A DNA stretch of 39,659 bases from an uncultured Candidatus Saccharibacteria bacterium (GTDB lineage Bacteria; Patescibacteriota; Minisyncoccia; Phycocordibacterales; CAIZIN01): assembly GCA_964483025.1 (NCBI GenBank), contig CAYZZT010000002.1, forward strand, positions 1 to 39,659, given 5' to 3'. Position numbers and translations under genes: made by a program. A model generated the notes under the pieces. The model was given only the letters and a program-made list of their open reading frames with translations. It made no database searches and was not told the DNA's origin. Positions 1 to 9,199 of the stretch are shown here, piece after piece; position 1 is the first letter of the stretch; the number at the start of each line of letters is the position of its first letter.

Positions 1-33
1 AGCTAGTCCCTCGTGTATAAATTATTAATTATT

Positions 34-357
34 ATGAAAAGTATTAAACAAATTCTCATAGATGGTCCTGAAACTCCATATACAGGGAGCGAACTAACGA
101 GATCTATCGTAGAGAAAGAAGTTGAGGCACGTTGGGGAAAAGCAGAGGTTAAGAATCTGGATCTGAAACACAATGTGAGAACTTTTAGTTCGTGGCTGGC
201 TTGCGGATTCCGGGTTCGTCCAAAGGAGAAGGCTATAAAAAGTGTTACGTATATCGAGAGGAAAGGTCCTGAGGGTGAAATAGTTAAAAAGTATTCTCGT
301 CCTGTGTTCCTGTTCACATATCGCCAGGTAGACAAAATTGGTCCAGAAAATATATGA
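34..357 (+). CDS. small hypothetical protein, phage/plasmid-like
   Basis: ORF 13..357 opens with GTG; the first ATG is at 34. Its stop overlaps the next start (ATGA at 354-357). RTFSSWLACGFRVRPKEKAI weakly recalls the core of ArdC-N/DUF1738 ssDNA-binding domains (from memory only). Confidence 0.45.
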   Translation: MKSIKQILIDGPETPYTGSELTRSIVEKEVEARWGKAEVKNLDLKHNVRTFSSWLACGFRVRPKEKAIKSVTYIERKGPEGEIVKKYSRPVFLFTYRQVDKIGPENI

Positions 358-542
358 AAGCAATCTTAACTGTTGGTTATCAAAATAGACAAGGTAAATT
401 CAATGATCTTCCTATAAGGCCTAAAATTACTATCTCTAATGACACAATCAAAAGAGTAAGTGGTTTTAGCATAGGAGACAAAGTATCAGTCGAGTATTTA
501 CCAAATCAAATTATTATTCACAAACAAGACTCAAATATATGA
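354..542 (+). CDS. SymE/AbrB-fold (SpoVT-AbrB-like) small protein, possible toxin
   Basis: 62 aa. PKITISNDTIKRVSGFSIGDKVSVEYLPNQIIIHK follows the SymE pattern (l.lsG.WL..aGF.iGd.v.v....g.liI.k). ATGA overlaps on both sides indicate a three-gene operon. Confidence 0.5.
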   Translation: MKAILTVGYQNRQGKFNDLPIRPKITISNDTIKRVSGFSIGDKVSVEYLPNQIIIHKQDSNI

Positions 543-1117
543 AAACTGAAGATAGACAACCAATTCTTTCGCCTCTGCAAATTATGAATGAGCGAGCGTT
601 AGATACACAAAATGTCAAACACCCAGTTCAGGAAGAAATTCAAAAGTGTATTGGAACGTATGGATTCACAGCTACGATTTCTCAAGATAATCAAACTCTG
701 GAGAAATTTAAACATATACCAGGCATTATCAGCTTCATATGTGTACTAAAGCGGGGTTCTGAAGTAATCGGTGAAGGAAGAGGCATTGGAGCATTGAGTA
801 AGATAAACAAGTATTTAGAGAGAACTGTTCGCTACACAGCTAACGCTTCCTTTCTAGATGCCGTTACTCGGTCTCTAAAAATGATTGATGTAGTGAATCC
901 TGTCACAAATCAAAATGTAAATACTTTTGCAGAGAAAGTTAACAAATTTGAGCTATCCGAAAATGTTATACCAATCACTGAAAGCCAGAAGAAATATTTA
1001 TCTGGTCTTATTCAATCTAAGATTAAGGATAAAGAAGAAGTGTATAGATGGAGAAACAGGATGGACAAATTAACAAAAGACGAAGCATCAAAAGCTATAC
1101 AGTCTTTTGTTAAATAA
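539..1117 (+). CDS. hypothetical protein with C-terminal ~45-aa module shared with the next two genes
   Basis: 192-aa ORF, translationally coupled to the upstream gene. The C-terminus ITESQKKYLSGLIQSKIKDKEEVYRWRNRMDKLTKDEASKAIQSF aligns with both downstream small proteins. Confidence 0.6.
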   Translation: MKTEDRQPILSPLQIMNERALDTQNVKHPVQEEIQKCIGTYGFTATISQDNQTLEKFKHIPGIISFICVLKRGSEVIGEGRGIGALSKINKYLERTVRYTANASFLDAVTRSLKMIDVVNPVTNQNVNTFAEKVNKFELSENVIPITESQKKYLSGLIQSKIKDKEEVYRWRNRMDKLTKDEASKAIQSFVK

Positions 1118-1139
1118 GTTATTAATCAAACATAAATAT

Positions 1140-1385
1140 ATGATTACAAAAACTAGGACATGTGGATCCTTTGGTCCAAAGAGAAGTTATTTCTTTCCTA
1201 TTGATAACAGAGATGAAGATAGGCCTATGACAAAGCAAATGAAACGTACCCTAACAGACCTTATTTACCAAACAATGAATGAAGCTGGGAGAGAAAGATT
1301 ATTGTCTCAACTATCAGATATGACTCAAGCTGAGGCACAGGAAATGATTTTTGATATAAGGACCGCAAATTGGGGTAATTATTAA
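1140..1385 (+). CDS. small hypothetical protein, paralog of 1403..1633
   Basis: First ATG of ORF 1107..1385. It starts ATGATTACAAAAA (MITK), identical to the next gene. Shared module: MTKQMKRTLTDLIYQTMNEAGRERLLSQLSDMTQAEAQEMIFDI. Confidence 0.55.
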   Translation: MITKTRTCGSFGPKRSYFFPIDNRDEDRPMTKQMKRTLTDLIYQTMNEAGRERLLSQLSDMTQAEAQEMIFDIRTANWGNY

Positions 1386-1402
1386 CATCTAAATAAGTAA
1401 CA

Positions 1403-1633
1403 ATGATTACAAAAATAAAAAGAGGCTATAATGGTTTACACAGAGGTTGGCCTATCGAATATATCGGACACGAAGATTTGATTACACAGCAACAGCTACA
1501 GGCACTCACAGAACTCATATACCGAAATATACAAGATGAAGATGCTCAAGAAAAGTGGTTTAGCCAAATTAATGACATAAGTTCTCAAGAGGCAATCGAG
1601 CTAATTTTCGAACTTGAAACCGGTTGGAGGTAA
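1403..1633 (+). CDS. small hypothetical protein, paralog of 1140..1385
   Basis: 76 aa, starts MITK. Shared module: ITQQQLQALTELIYRNIQDEDAQEKWFSQINDISSQEAIELIFEL. Followed directly by a terminator. Confidence 0.6.
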   Translation: MITKIKRGYNGLHRGWPIEYIGHEDLITQQQLQALTELIYRNIQDEDAQEKWFSQINDISSQEAIELIFELETGWR

Positions 1634-1635
1634 GT

Positions 1636-1674
1636 AAAAAGCGAGTCTCTATATTCTGGAGACTCGCTTTTTTT
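1636..1674. terminator. bidirectional intrinsic terminator between convergent genes
   Basis: AAAAA, then GCGAGTCTC (1641-1649), a 9-nt loop, GAGACTCGC (1659-1667), then TTTTTTT. It sits between the + gene ending at 1633 and the - gene ending at 1673. Confidence 0.8.
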
Positions 1675-2506
1675 ATTTAAAATAACCAGATAGATCAAAG
1701 ACACTATTTGTAATCTCACTTATTCTACCCATAAGTAAACTGACACTGGTTTCTGCAATTTCTTTTGATATTTTATCACCCAATTGATTCAGTTCTGCTA
1801 GTCTCGACTGTGATTTATGGACATCCTCTATATATGCTTGGAATAATTCATTTGGAGAATGTGATTTTTCTGTTCCTTTAAAACCAATAAATTTGAGTTT
1901 ACTTGTCGATATAAAATTATTAATTTTAGCATTATACAAAATCTTTATTCTTCGTATTTCATCCGTATCATCATTAGCGAGAGATATTAGTAAATTTTTA
2001 TCTAGAGGTAAATAATATGTATTATCAGTATTTGTACTTATTTTTTGACAATCCTTAATTTCTTCATATAGAGTGACTTTTATATTAATAAGATTTTCCC
2101 TATTTTGATCAAGAATTTGCTTTGTTGAATTACCTTCAATTGTTTTTGCTGACTCACAAAACACTTTAAAATTTTCAATCGTTGGATTCTTTAAAAAATT
2201 AGCAATTAACAGTCCTTTTGGATTATTTGGATTTACTGAATTAACTGAAGGACGACTTTCTGCTGATACCTTCTCTTTATAGGAATTGTCGATTTTCTTC
2301 TCATTTTCAACATAACCATTCTTTATATCTTCAATATTTTTTGTTGATACCGATGATGTAGAGTTTTCGATTTTAGGAATATCAATCTGTTGGGTTTTGT
2401 TAAAGAAATTGAAAATTGTCCAAGAAAGAGGATTCCACCAAGAAGCAAGTACTATCGAGGGTGTAATAAATATTAACAAAGAGAGAATAACGAGATTTTT
2501 TTTCAT
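1673..2506 (-). CDS. secreted or membrane-anchored hypothetical protein
   Basis: 277 aa. N-terminal signal/anchor MKKNLVILSLLIFITPSIVLASWW. No recognisable catalytic motif. Confidence 0.6.
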   Translation of the reverse strand: MKKNLVILSLLIFITPSIVLASWWNPLSWTIFNFFNKTQQIDIPKIENSTSSVSTKNIEDIKNGYVENEKKIDNSYKEKVSAESRPSVNSVNPNNPKGLLIANFLKNPTIENFKVFCESAKTIEGNSTKQILDQNRENLINIKVTLYEEIKDCQKISTNTDNTYYLPLDKNLLISLANDDTDEIRRIKILYNAKINNFISTSKLKFIGFKGTEKSHSPNELFQAYIEDVHKSQSRLAELNQLGDKISKEIAETSVSLLMGRISEITNSVFDLSGYFK

Positions 2507-2620
2507 ATAGTCTATTATACCAACATATTTATTAATCTTCCATATAATACGATAAATACTAACTGGGGCAGTTTAGATTGCCGATTTAATACTTTTTTAT
2601 AGACAATTTTAATTTAATTT

Positions 2621-5419
2621 TTACCACTCGAACATATCCACGATATTTTCAATCGCACCTTTAACACGATCAATAATACCTTGTCTTTCTTTAATCATAG
2701 GTGCCTCAGGCAACATATCAACAATCTCCTGTCCGTTAGGTAATTTCTGAGTATACAGATATTCTCCAATCAAATGTTCGATCTTCTCTATATCAATATT
2801 TTCATCCTCAGCAATTTTCTTTAAACTATTAGAACGTTCACTTGACCAAAAGTCACTGAAGGCTTTTTCTACATCTCCGTGCTTTTCAATTTTAGGAAGA
2901 TTTTCCTCAATAAATTTCTTAATCAAATCTCGCTTCTTACGTAACTGTACATCCCTATCAAACAATCGAAGGATCTCCTCAGTCTTCTTCTTACGCACAA
3001 CATCTGAACTAATATTTTTAAGTCCTGCAATCAAATGCAGAATATAGTCAAAGTTAATAATATCCCTAACAGTTAACTCTATTTCAAAATCAATTTGGTC
3101 CAAAATAGATTCTACTCCACTATCATTATTCTTTCGGTCCTCATATACATCCAAGTATTTACTTTGATAATCGTAAAATTCTTGTTCTGTAATTCCAAGA
3201 TCTTTAAAATTAAATTCTGCAAATGTTTCAAGTGATGATTTAATGCGAAGAAGGTCCCTAAAGGCGTTAACAAATTTTGCCTTCTCTTCCTCTCCTTGCA
3301 AGTCATCAACATCAAATGCGGTAGGCACTTTTTCTCGTAGCTCAGCCAACTTATCTTCAAACTCTTTCTTTTGAACCTCGTAAGGCTTCTTGAATACTAT
3401 TTCCTTAGCATTCTCATCTCCAAACAAAGCCAACGCTTTATCGGTAGCTTCTTTTAGGTTTCTGAATGAAACAATGTTGCCGTGAGGTTTATCTGAATTT
3501 AATAATCGGTTCGTTCTTGAATATGCTTGAATAAGTCCGTGGTATCTCAAGTTCTTATCTACATACAAAGTATTAAGTCGAGGGCTATCAAATCCGGTTA
3601 GGAACATGTTCACAACTAATACAAGATCTACTTCCTTATCCTTTATTCTCTTCTGCAAATCTCTATAGTAATCATAGAATCTATCCGTTGAGAAGTTTGT
3701 TGAATATCTTTGGTTATAGTCCTTTATACAATCTTCCAAGAAATCTCTTGAGTGTTGATTGATAGCTTCCCCCTCTTCAGCAAACACATCGACATCAAGC
3801 ATATCTGAGCTTTCATCCTCATTCGCTTTATACGTAAATATTGTAGCAATAGAAAAATCTTCATCCTTCTTTTCATTCAATAACTTATAATACTTCTTCA
3901 AAACATCAACAGATGATACAGCAAATACCGCATTGAATTTACCCTGCTTTGTCTTTCTCTTCCAATCAGCCAAAACATAGTCAGCGATTTTGTTTAATCT
4001 ATCAGGACTTTCAAGAACCTCCTTAGTATCAATTCCCTCAACCATTGCATCGGCAAATATATCCTTATCAATTACATCTTGGTCCTTCTGTTTATATTTT
4101 CCTACATACTCAACTGCAAAGCCAAGAACATTATTATCATCAATAGCATGAGTAATAATATATTTATGTAAACACTCCTCAAATACATCTACAGTAGTCA
4201 CACCCCTTACATTGTTCTCTGCAAATATTGGTGTGCCGGTAAATCCAAATAGTTGAGCATTATTAAAGAAACTTTTTATACGAGCGTGAGTTTGTCCAAA
4301 TTGACTTCTGTGGCATTCATCAAAAATAATCACAACTTTTTCATTTTCCAAATAATCAAAATGTCTTAAATGCGCTTCTCTACCAATTGCAATATCAAGT
4401 TTTTGAATTGTAGTAACGATGAGTTTTCTATTCCTATCTCCAAGTTGTGCCACTAAACTGTGTGTATTATTTGTACCATCCACAGCCCCCTCAGAAAAAG
4501 AGTTAAATTCTTTAGTTGTTTGAATATCTAAATCTTTTCGGTCCACAACAAAGAGAACCTTCTTAACTTCTGGCATTCTAGAAAGTATCTGACTGGCTTT
4601 ATATGAAGTAAGGGTTTTTCCTGAGCCTGTTGTGTGCCAAATATACCCGTTCTTATCAGACTCCCTTACACGATCCTCTATAGCCCTTACAGCGTAAAAT
4701 TGATATGGACGAAGAGCCATTGGGATCTTTGTCGCTTCAGCTAACACAATATACTCAGCAATCATTTCTGATATAGTACATTTTTCCAGAAATACATTTG
4801 TGAATTCGTCTAGTTTGGTAATTTTATTATTATCTACATCGGTCCAGTAGAATGTCTGCTCAAATGTCTGCTTAGGATTATTTGAGAAGTATTTTGTATT
4901 TACTCCGTTTGAGATGACAAAGATTTGTATATATTCAAATAGTGTTCCTGTAAATGAATGTTTATGGTAGCGCTGTATTTGATTGAAAGCTTCCTTAAGT
5001 TCCATCCCTCGACGCTTAAGCTCAATTTGAACCAACGGCAAACCGTTTACAAGTAGAGTTACATCATATCTATTTTCATATCTTCCAACTTGTGTTATTT
5101 GTTGAGCAACCTGATACTCATTCTTACACCACTGATCCATGTTGAAGAATCGCACATAGAAAGTAGTTTCATCATCGCAAGTTAGTGCAAAACGATCTCT
5201 TAATGTCTTAGCCTTATGATAACGGTCCCCTTTCTCAATGTGATTCAATATACGAGTAAATTCCTCATCAGAGAATGTTGTCTGATTGAATTTCTCAAGT
5301 TGCTCCCGTAGGTTAACCATCATGGCTTTAGTGTCTTCGAGGATGATAGGTGAAAAACCTAGCTGTCTAAGCTGTTCAATTAATTCTTTTTCTAGTTGTT
5401 GTTCGGATTGGTGGGTCAT
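2621..5419 (-). CDS. hsdR: Type I restriction enzyme R subunit
   Basis: 932 aa. PD-(D/E)xK-type motif VTLLVNGLPLVQIELKRRG, SF2 motif I HTTGSGKTLTS, motif II FDECHRSQ. Last gene of the hsdM-hsdS-...-hsdR operon; its start lies 4 nt after the upstream stop. Confidence 0.93.
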   Translation of the reverse strand: MTHQSEQQLEKELIEQLRQLGFSPIILEDTKAMMVNLREQLEKFNQTTFSDEEFTRILNHIEKGDRYHKAKTLRDRFALTCDDETTFYVRFFNMDQWCKNEYQVAQQITQVGRYENRYDVTLLVNGLPLVQIELKRRGMELKEAFNQIQRYHKHSFTGTLFEYIQIFVISNGVNTKYFSNNPKQTFEQTFYWTDVDNNKITKLDEFTNVFLEKCTISEMIAEYIVLAEATKIPMALRPYQFYAVRAIEDRVRESDKNGYIWHTTGSGKTLTSYKASQILSRMPEVKKVLFVVDRKDLDIQTTKEFNSFSEGAVDGTNNTHSLVAQLGDRNRKLIVTTIQKLDIAIGREAHLRHFDYLENEKVVIIFDECHRSQFGQTHARIKSFFNNAQLFGFTGTPIFAENNVRGVTTVDVFEECLHKYIITHAIDDNNVLGFAVEYVGKYKQKDQDVIDKDIFADAMVEGIDTKEVLESPDRLNKIADYVLADWKRKTKQGKFNAVFAVSSVDVLKKYYKLLNEKKDEDFSIATIFTYKANEDESSDMLDVDVFAEEGEAINQHSRDFLEDCIKDYNQRYSTNFSTDRFYDYYRDLQKRIKDKEVDLVLVVNMFLTGFDSPRLNTLYVDKNLRYHGLIQAYSRTNRLLNSDKPHGNIVSFRNLKEATDKALALFGDENAKEIVFKKPYEVQKKEFEDKLAELREKVPTAFDVDDLQGEEEKAKFVNAFRDLLRIKSSLETFAEFNFKDLGITEQEFYDYQSKYLDVYEDRKNNDSGVESILDQIDFEIELTVRDIINFDYILHLIAGLKNISSDVVRKKKTEEILRLFDRDVQLRKKRDLIKKFIEENLPKIEKHGDVEKAFSDFWSSERSNSLKKIAEDENIDIEKIEHLIGEYLYTQKLPNGQEIVDMLPEAPMIKERQGIIDRVKGAIENIVDMFEW

Positions 5420-5423
5420 ATGA

Positions 5424-6170
5424 TTATATTATAGCTTTTTTTGGTTTTTTGTAAGTGGAACAGAAAATCTCAAGTATTATTTCACCAGCACGGCTCAGCT
5501 GTACACTCACCCCTCCACCATCAACCTCAGTTTTATATTTACGATCTGGATTATCTCTTAATACTTTGTAATCATCTTGGTCCCTCACTTGCACGTCCAG
5601 TTGATCGTAGTATAACTCAAACAAACCAGAACTAATTAAATCTCCAACATTATTCAAATCAAAATAGTGACTTTCTCTATCTTTTATAAACCAATTAAAA
5701 TCAGTTTTATTCATATCTTTTAGGGTCGATGATACTTTTAAAAACTCTTCGTATGTAATATTTCCATTTAAATAATATCTAAAGGCTATACTAATCAATT
5801 CGGAAATTTCATAATCTTCGCATGAATCAATGATATATAATAATTTTTCTCCTACTTTTATGCGGTATTTTTTTGAGTCGTCTATTGCATCTATCATCCT
5901 TTTTCTTTGCTCTGCTTTAATATCCCTTAGAGGGCCGAGAAAGGAAAGTATTTTTTTAAGAAATAATCTATCTTTAATATTTGCCCCAAATTTAAGAAAA
6001 CTTGAAATTGTTCCCACAACAGGTAAAACTTTTAATAGTCCATCGTTTAACACAGCATCAATTCCAATTTCAGAGATGTTAATGGCGACACTTTGTAAGT
6101 TTGAATCTTTTAAGGTTGTTTCAAAGGAAGATTCTATTGTATCTTTTTGCATAATATTATTTGATAACAT
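5424..6170 (-). CDS. 248-aa protein of unknown function, coupled to the OLD-family gene inside the R-M operon
   Basis: ATG at 6170 overlaps the OLD stop (6157) by 14 nt; an alternative ATG at 6152 lies 4 nt after it. Probably mostly helical, with no motif I can name. A resemblance to Abi-alpha/DUF4393-size proteins is only a guess. Confidence 0.65.
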   Translation of the reverse strand: MLSNNIMQKDTIESSFETTLKDSNLQSVAINISEIGIDAVLNDGLLKVLPVVGTISSFLKFGANIKDRLFLKKILSFLGPLRDIKAEQRKRMIDAIDDSKKYRIKVGEKLLYIIDSCEDYEISELISIAFRYYLNGNITYEEFLKVSSTLKDMNKTDFNWFIKDRESHYFDLNNVGDLISSGLFELYYDQLDVQVRDQDDYKVLRDNPDRKYKTEVDGGGVSVQLSRAGEIILEIFCSTYKKPKKAII

Positions 6171-7920
6171 CTTGTATTATTTGTTTTATTTCCCCATCTA
6201 TTTCAGAAGCTAGCATTTTTGTCCAATATATATCAATTAGTTTGGTTTTTGAAATATGTTTTGCAACAGGAACGATCGTTTTAACATCATCAAAATCTGT
6301 ATAACTACACCCCGTCAATTCTTGCTTTATATAGTTCTCAATTTCTCTTTTTTTAGTACAGAAGGCCTTCTCAATACTATCGTGACCCGCTAATGAATCT
6401 ACAAATACCTCATTTTCCGTTTTGGGCAAAGAATCTCCAGATCGATCAGAATCAATGAAGATAAAAGTTTTTAATCCTAGATTTTCTATTCTTTTTGTAT
6501 CTACCCAATCTTTAACACCTGGACAACCCCCAACTGGTAGTATTTCTATTTTTGCATCTGCTAAATTTTTATCAATTTCTCCTGCATCCTTCATAACCTG
6601 AGCAGCATGTTCTAAAAACAAACAATCGGACTTCCCTTCTACTAGAATAATTTTTTCAGCAGATCCAAACTCCTGTTTACTCAATATACCCAAGGCTTTA
6701 GCTGAAAGTATGAGAGCTCTATTACCTGATTCAACCTCCTTTGTTCCATTTGAATCATTCTGAATAAACCGAATCCCGTTAGCATAGTTTACTTCTATAC
6801 CTCTTAAAAGTTCTGGTGAGTGAGTTGTAATAACAACCTGTCTATTTGTATCTTTAGCCAACTCACTTAATGCAGTTATTACTAGTTTTTGATTATCTGG
6901 ATGTTGAGATGTTTCCGGCTCCTCAATCACATATATTATCCCTTTTCCATTTTCAGCTCCTATTTTTTCAGCTTGAGCTCTAAAAAAATTTAACAAAACA
7001 AGCCTTCGAGTTCCACTGCCTCTCTTGTTTAAGGCAACACCTCTATCATCCTCAATTTTATATTCAAATTTCCAAGTGGGTTTTGTCTTAAGCACAGGAT
7101 TTAATTCATGAGCTAATTTTGGGTCCATTTCATTAAGTTTTTGAAGAGCTGAATATGCAACCTCTTCAACCTTTTGTTGAATTTTATCTTTAATTGCATC
7201 TATTTCTGATTTATATAACTCTTGAGCCTCAGCAACAGCTAATTGCATTGGGTCTTTTGCCTCAGAATCTGAGTCTATCATTTCTCTATCAGCCCTAAAC
7301 ACAAAGAGCAAGGGAATAAAATCCTCAATCTTGGAATAAATTCTCTTTGCTTTCGCCTCAAAATCTTCAATTTTTAAATCAATGTTAGACAAACCTAAAT
7401 CTTTTACGCTTTGCCAAATAGCTTTTCTCCAGAGATGATTCATTCTAGCATCACTAACTGATAAATTTTTGGACTCAGCTAATTCCTTAAGTTGAACCTG
7501 TGTGTAGGAATGAAGAACTGGTACAGCGCTTAGAGATGGATAATTCGCAACTATATAGACCTCAGGAGACGGAGGTATTGTTTTTTCAGTACATTTATAT
7601 ATTTTTTTTATTTCCAAATTGCCATCAGAATTTAATAAATATTCCTCTTGTAAATTCGTTTCAGCTGATGCATCGATCTCAATTGAAATGGGTAATTCTG
7701 AAAAAATACAACTTATTTCAATTGATTTATCACTTCCGGTTATACACAAATCCCCAAGATCTGGTTTCTTGTTACCAAAAAAAACATCCAACGCATCTGA
7801 TATTGTAGATTTTCCAATGTCATTCTTTCCTATAAATGATGTAAATTGTTTATCGAAATCAATATTACAAGTTTCTTCGTATGATCTAAAATTCCTTATT
7901 TTTAATCCAATTAATTTCAT
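6157..7920 (-). CDS. OLD-family nuclease (ABC-type ATPase fused to a Toprim domain)
   Basis: Likely start is M15 of the listed ORF (ATG at 7920, 5 nt after the hsdS stop). Walker A GKNDIGKST, Walker B-like IIYVIEEPETSQHP, H-loop VITTHSPELL. C-terminal Toprim: ILVEGKSDCLFLE ... FIFIDSDRSGD. Confidence 0.85.
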   Translation of the reverse strand: MKLIGLKIRNFRSYEETCNIDFDKQFTSFIGKNDIGKSTISDALDVFFGNKKPDLGDLCITGSDKSIEISCIFSELPISIEIDASAETNLQEEYLLNSDGNLEIKKIYKCTEKTIPPSPEVYIVANYPSLSAVPVLHSYTQVQLKELAESKNLSVSDARMNHLWRKAIWQSVKDLGLSNIDLKIEDFEAKAKRIYSKIEDFIPLLFVFRADREMIDSDSEAKDPMQLAVAEAQELYKSEIDAIKDKIQQKVEEVAYSALQKLNEMDPKLAHELNPVLKTKPTWKFEYKIEDDRGVALNKRGSGTRRLVLLNFFRAQAEKIGAENGKGIIYVIEEPETSQHPDNQKLVITALSELAKDTNRQVVITTHSPELLRGIEVNYANGIRFIQNDSNGTKEVESGNRALILSAKALGILSKQEFGSAEKIILVEGKSDCLFLEHAAQVMKDAGEIDKNLADAKIEILPVGGCPGVKDWVDTKRIENLGLKTFIFIDSDRSGDSLPKTENEVFVDSLAGHDSIEKAFCTKKREIENYIKQELTGCSYTDFDDVKTIVPVAKHISKTKLIDIYWTKMLASEIDGEIKQIIQDVIK

Positions 7921-7925
7921 ATATA

Positions 7926-9197
7926 TTAAACAAACAACCCTTGCATTAACCCCTTCTTCCACAACTCAGCTTGGGTAATCTGTTGTTGTTTCGATTCTAT
8001 TACTTTATCAATAGAAGTCAAAAAATCTGCTATTTTTTGTTGTTCGTCAATTATAGGTATGTTTATTAATACAGATCTTAGTGTAGCTTTATTTATAGCT
8101 TTTAAACCACTACCACCAACAACAGATGCAATCTTGTTTATAAATTCCTCCGTTAACATCCATTGATAAGTAAATTCTTGATTCATAAATTCCTTAAATT
8201 TTATTACATAAGTATTTGGGGCTAAAGTCATATACCCATCATATTTTGGTACTCTATAAACTTTTCCTGTATTCCCAACATTTGCCAAAATTAATTCCCC
8301 TCCATACAAAGAAGTTTTTTTGAGAAAATCGTACCCCCTCTTATCTGTAAATCTTTGTGGTTCAAACTCCTTTTTTTCGAGATCTGTTGTCCTAACAAGG
8401 ACCGCGTAATTTTTTGTAGAGTAATACTGAACATTATCTTTCAAGGAAGCAAAGCTCCCGTTCGCTGTATAATCCGACAGAAAATCTATTGTTTCTCCAA
8501 GCTTCTTCTCCTCCCACTTCGGAAACTCCTTTCCCTTATCATCTTTAAATCGCACCTCCTGAGAAAACAACTTCTGCATCATTCCTTTTTTATAAGATTC
8601 GAATGATTCTTTTTGCGATTGTAGGTTTTCAATCAAGTTGCTTGTTAACCCTAGAAAATCTGAGATCTTCTGTTGTTCTAAAATATTAGGAATTGAAATT
8701 TTTGCGGTCTTCACTGTTTCAGATTTAAGATTTTTTACCGCAGAACCAGCGGCCAAACTTAAAAAAGTTTTTCTAATTTTTTCGCTAGTTAAAACTTCAT
8801 ACAAAAAATCATTAGATAAATTATTTTTATCTCTATTTTTCAATGCCAACCAACCGTCATGAATACAACCATCAATTTTTAATATATATGGCCTACCGAA
8901 ACTCATAGAGTTCGATAAGACAAAGTCACCAACATTAACAATTCTTGATTTTTTTGCACCTTCTTTTGTTATTTTCTCTTCTGTCTTTTCTATATATTTT
9001 GAACCCTCAACAGTATCCCCTATTTTTATCCAAGGAATACCTTCTTTTGATTTTGTTATAAAACTACTTATAGGCCTAGGTGAGGCACCACGATCAATTA
9101 ATAAAATTTCCCCCAGTTTTTTCTCTTGCCAAACATCTGAAAAACCAGGGAAGCGCAACTTAGGTATATTTTTTGACTGTGTAAATATTGTAGACAT
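7926..9197 (-). CDS. hsdS: Type I R-M specificity subunit with two target-recognition domains
   Basis: 423 aa. Duplicated conserved spacers (EKKLGEILL / EKKLGETID and ILEQQKISDFL / IDEQQKIADFL). Lies 2 nt downstream of hsdM. Confidence 0.9.
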   Translation of the reverse strand: MSTIFTQSKNIPKLRFPGFSDVWQEKKLGEILLIDRGASPRPISSFITKSKEGIPWIKIGDTVEGSKYIEKTEEKITKEGAKKSRIVNVGDFVLSNSMSFGRPYILKIDGCIHDGWLALKNRDKNNLSNDFLYEVLTSEKIRKTFLSLAAGSAVKNLKSETVKTAKISIPNILEQQKISDFLGLTSNLIENLQSQKESFESYKKGMMQKLFSQEVRFKDDKGKEFPKWEEKKLGETIDFLSDYTANGSFASLKDNVQYYSTKNYAVLVRTTDLEKKEFEPQRFTDKRGYDFLKKTSLYGGELILANVGNTGKVYRVPKYDGYMTLAPNTYVIKFKEFMNQEFTYQWMLTEEFINKIASVVGGSGLKAINKATLRSVLINIPIIDEQQKIADFLTSIDKVIESKQQQITQAELWKKGLMQGLFV

Positions 9198-9199
9198 AA

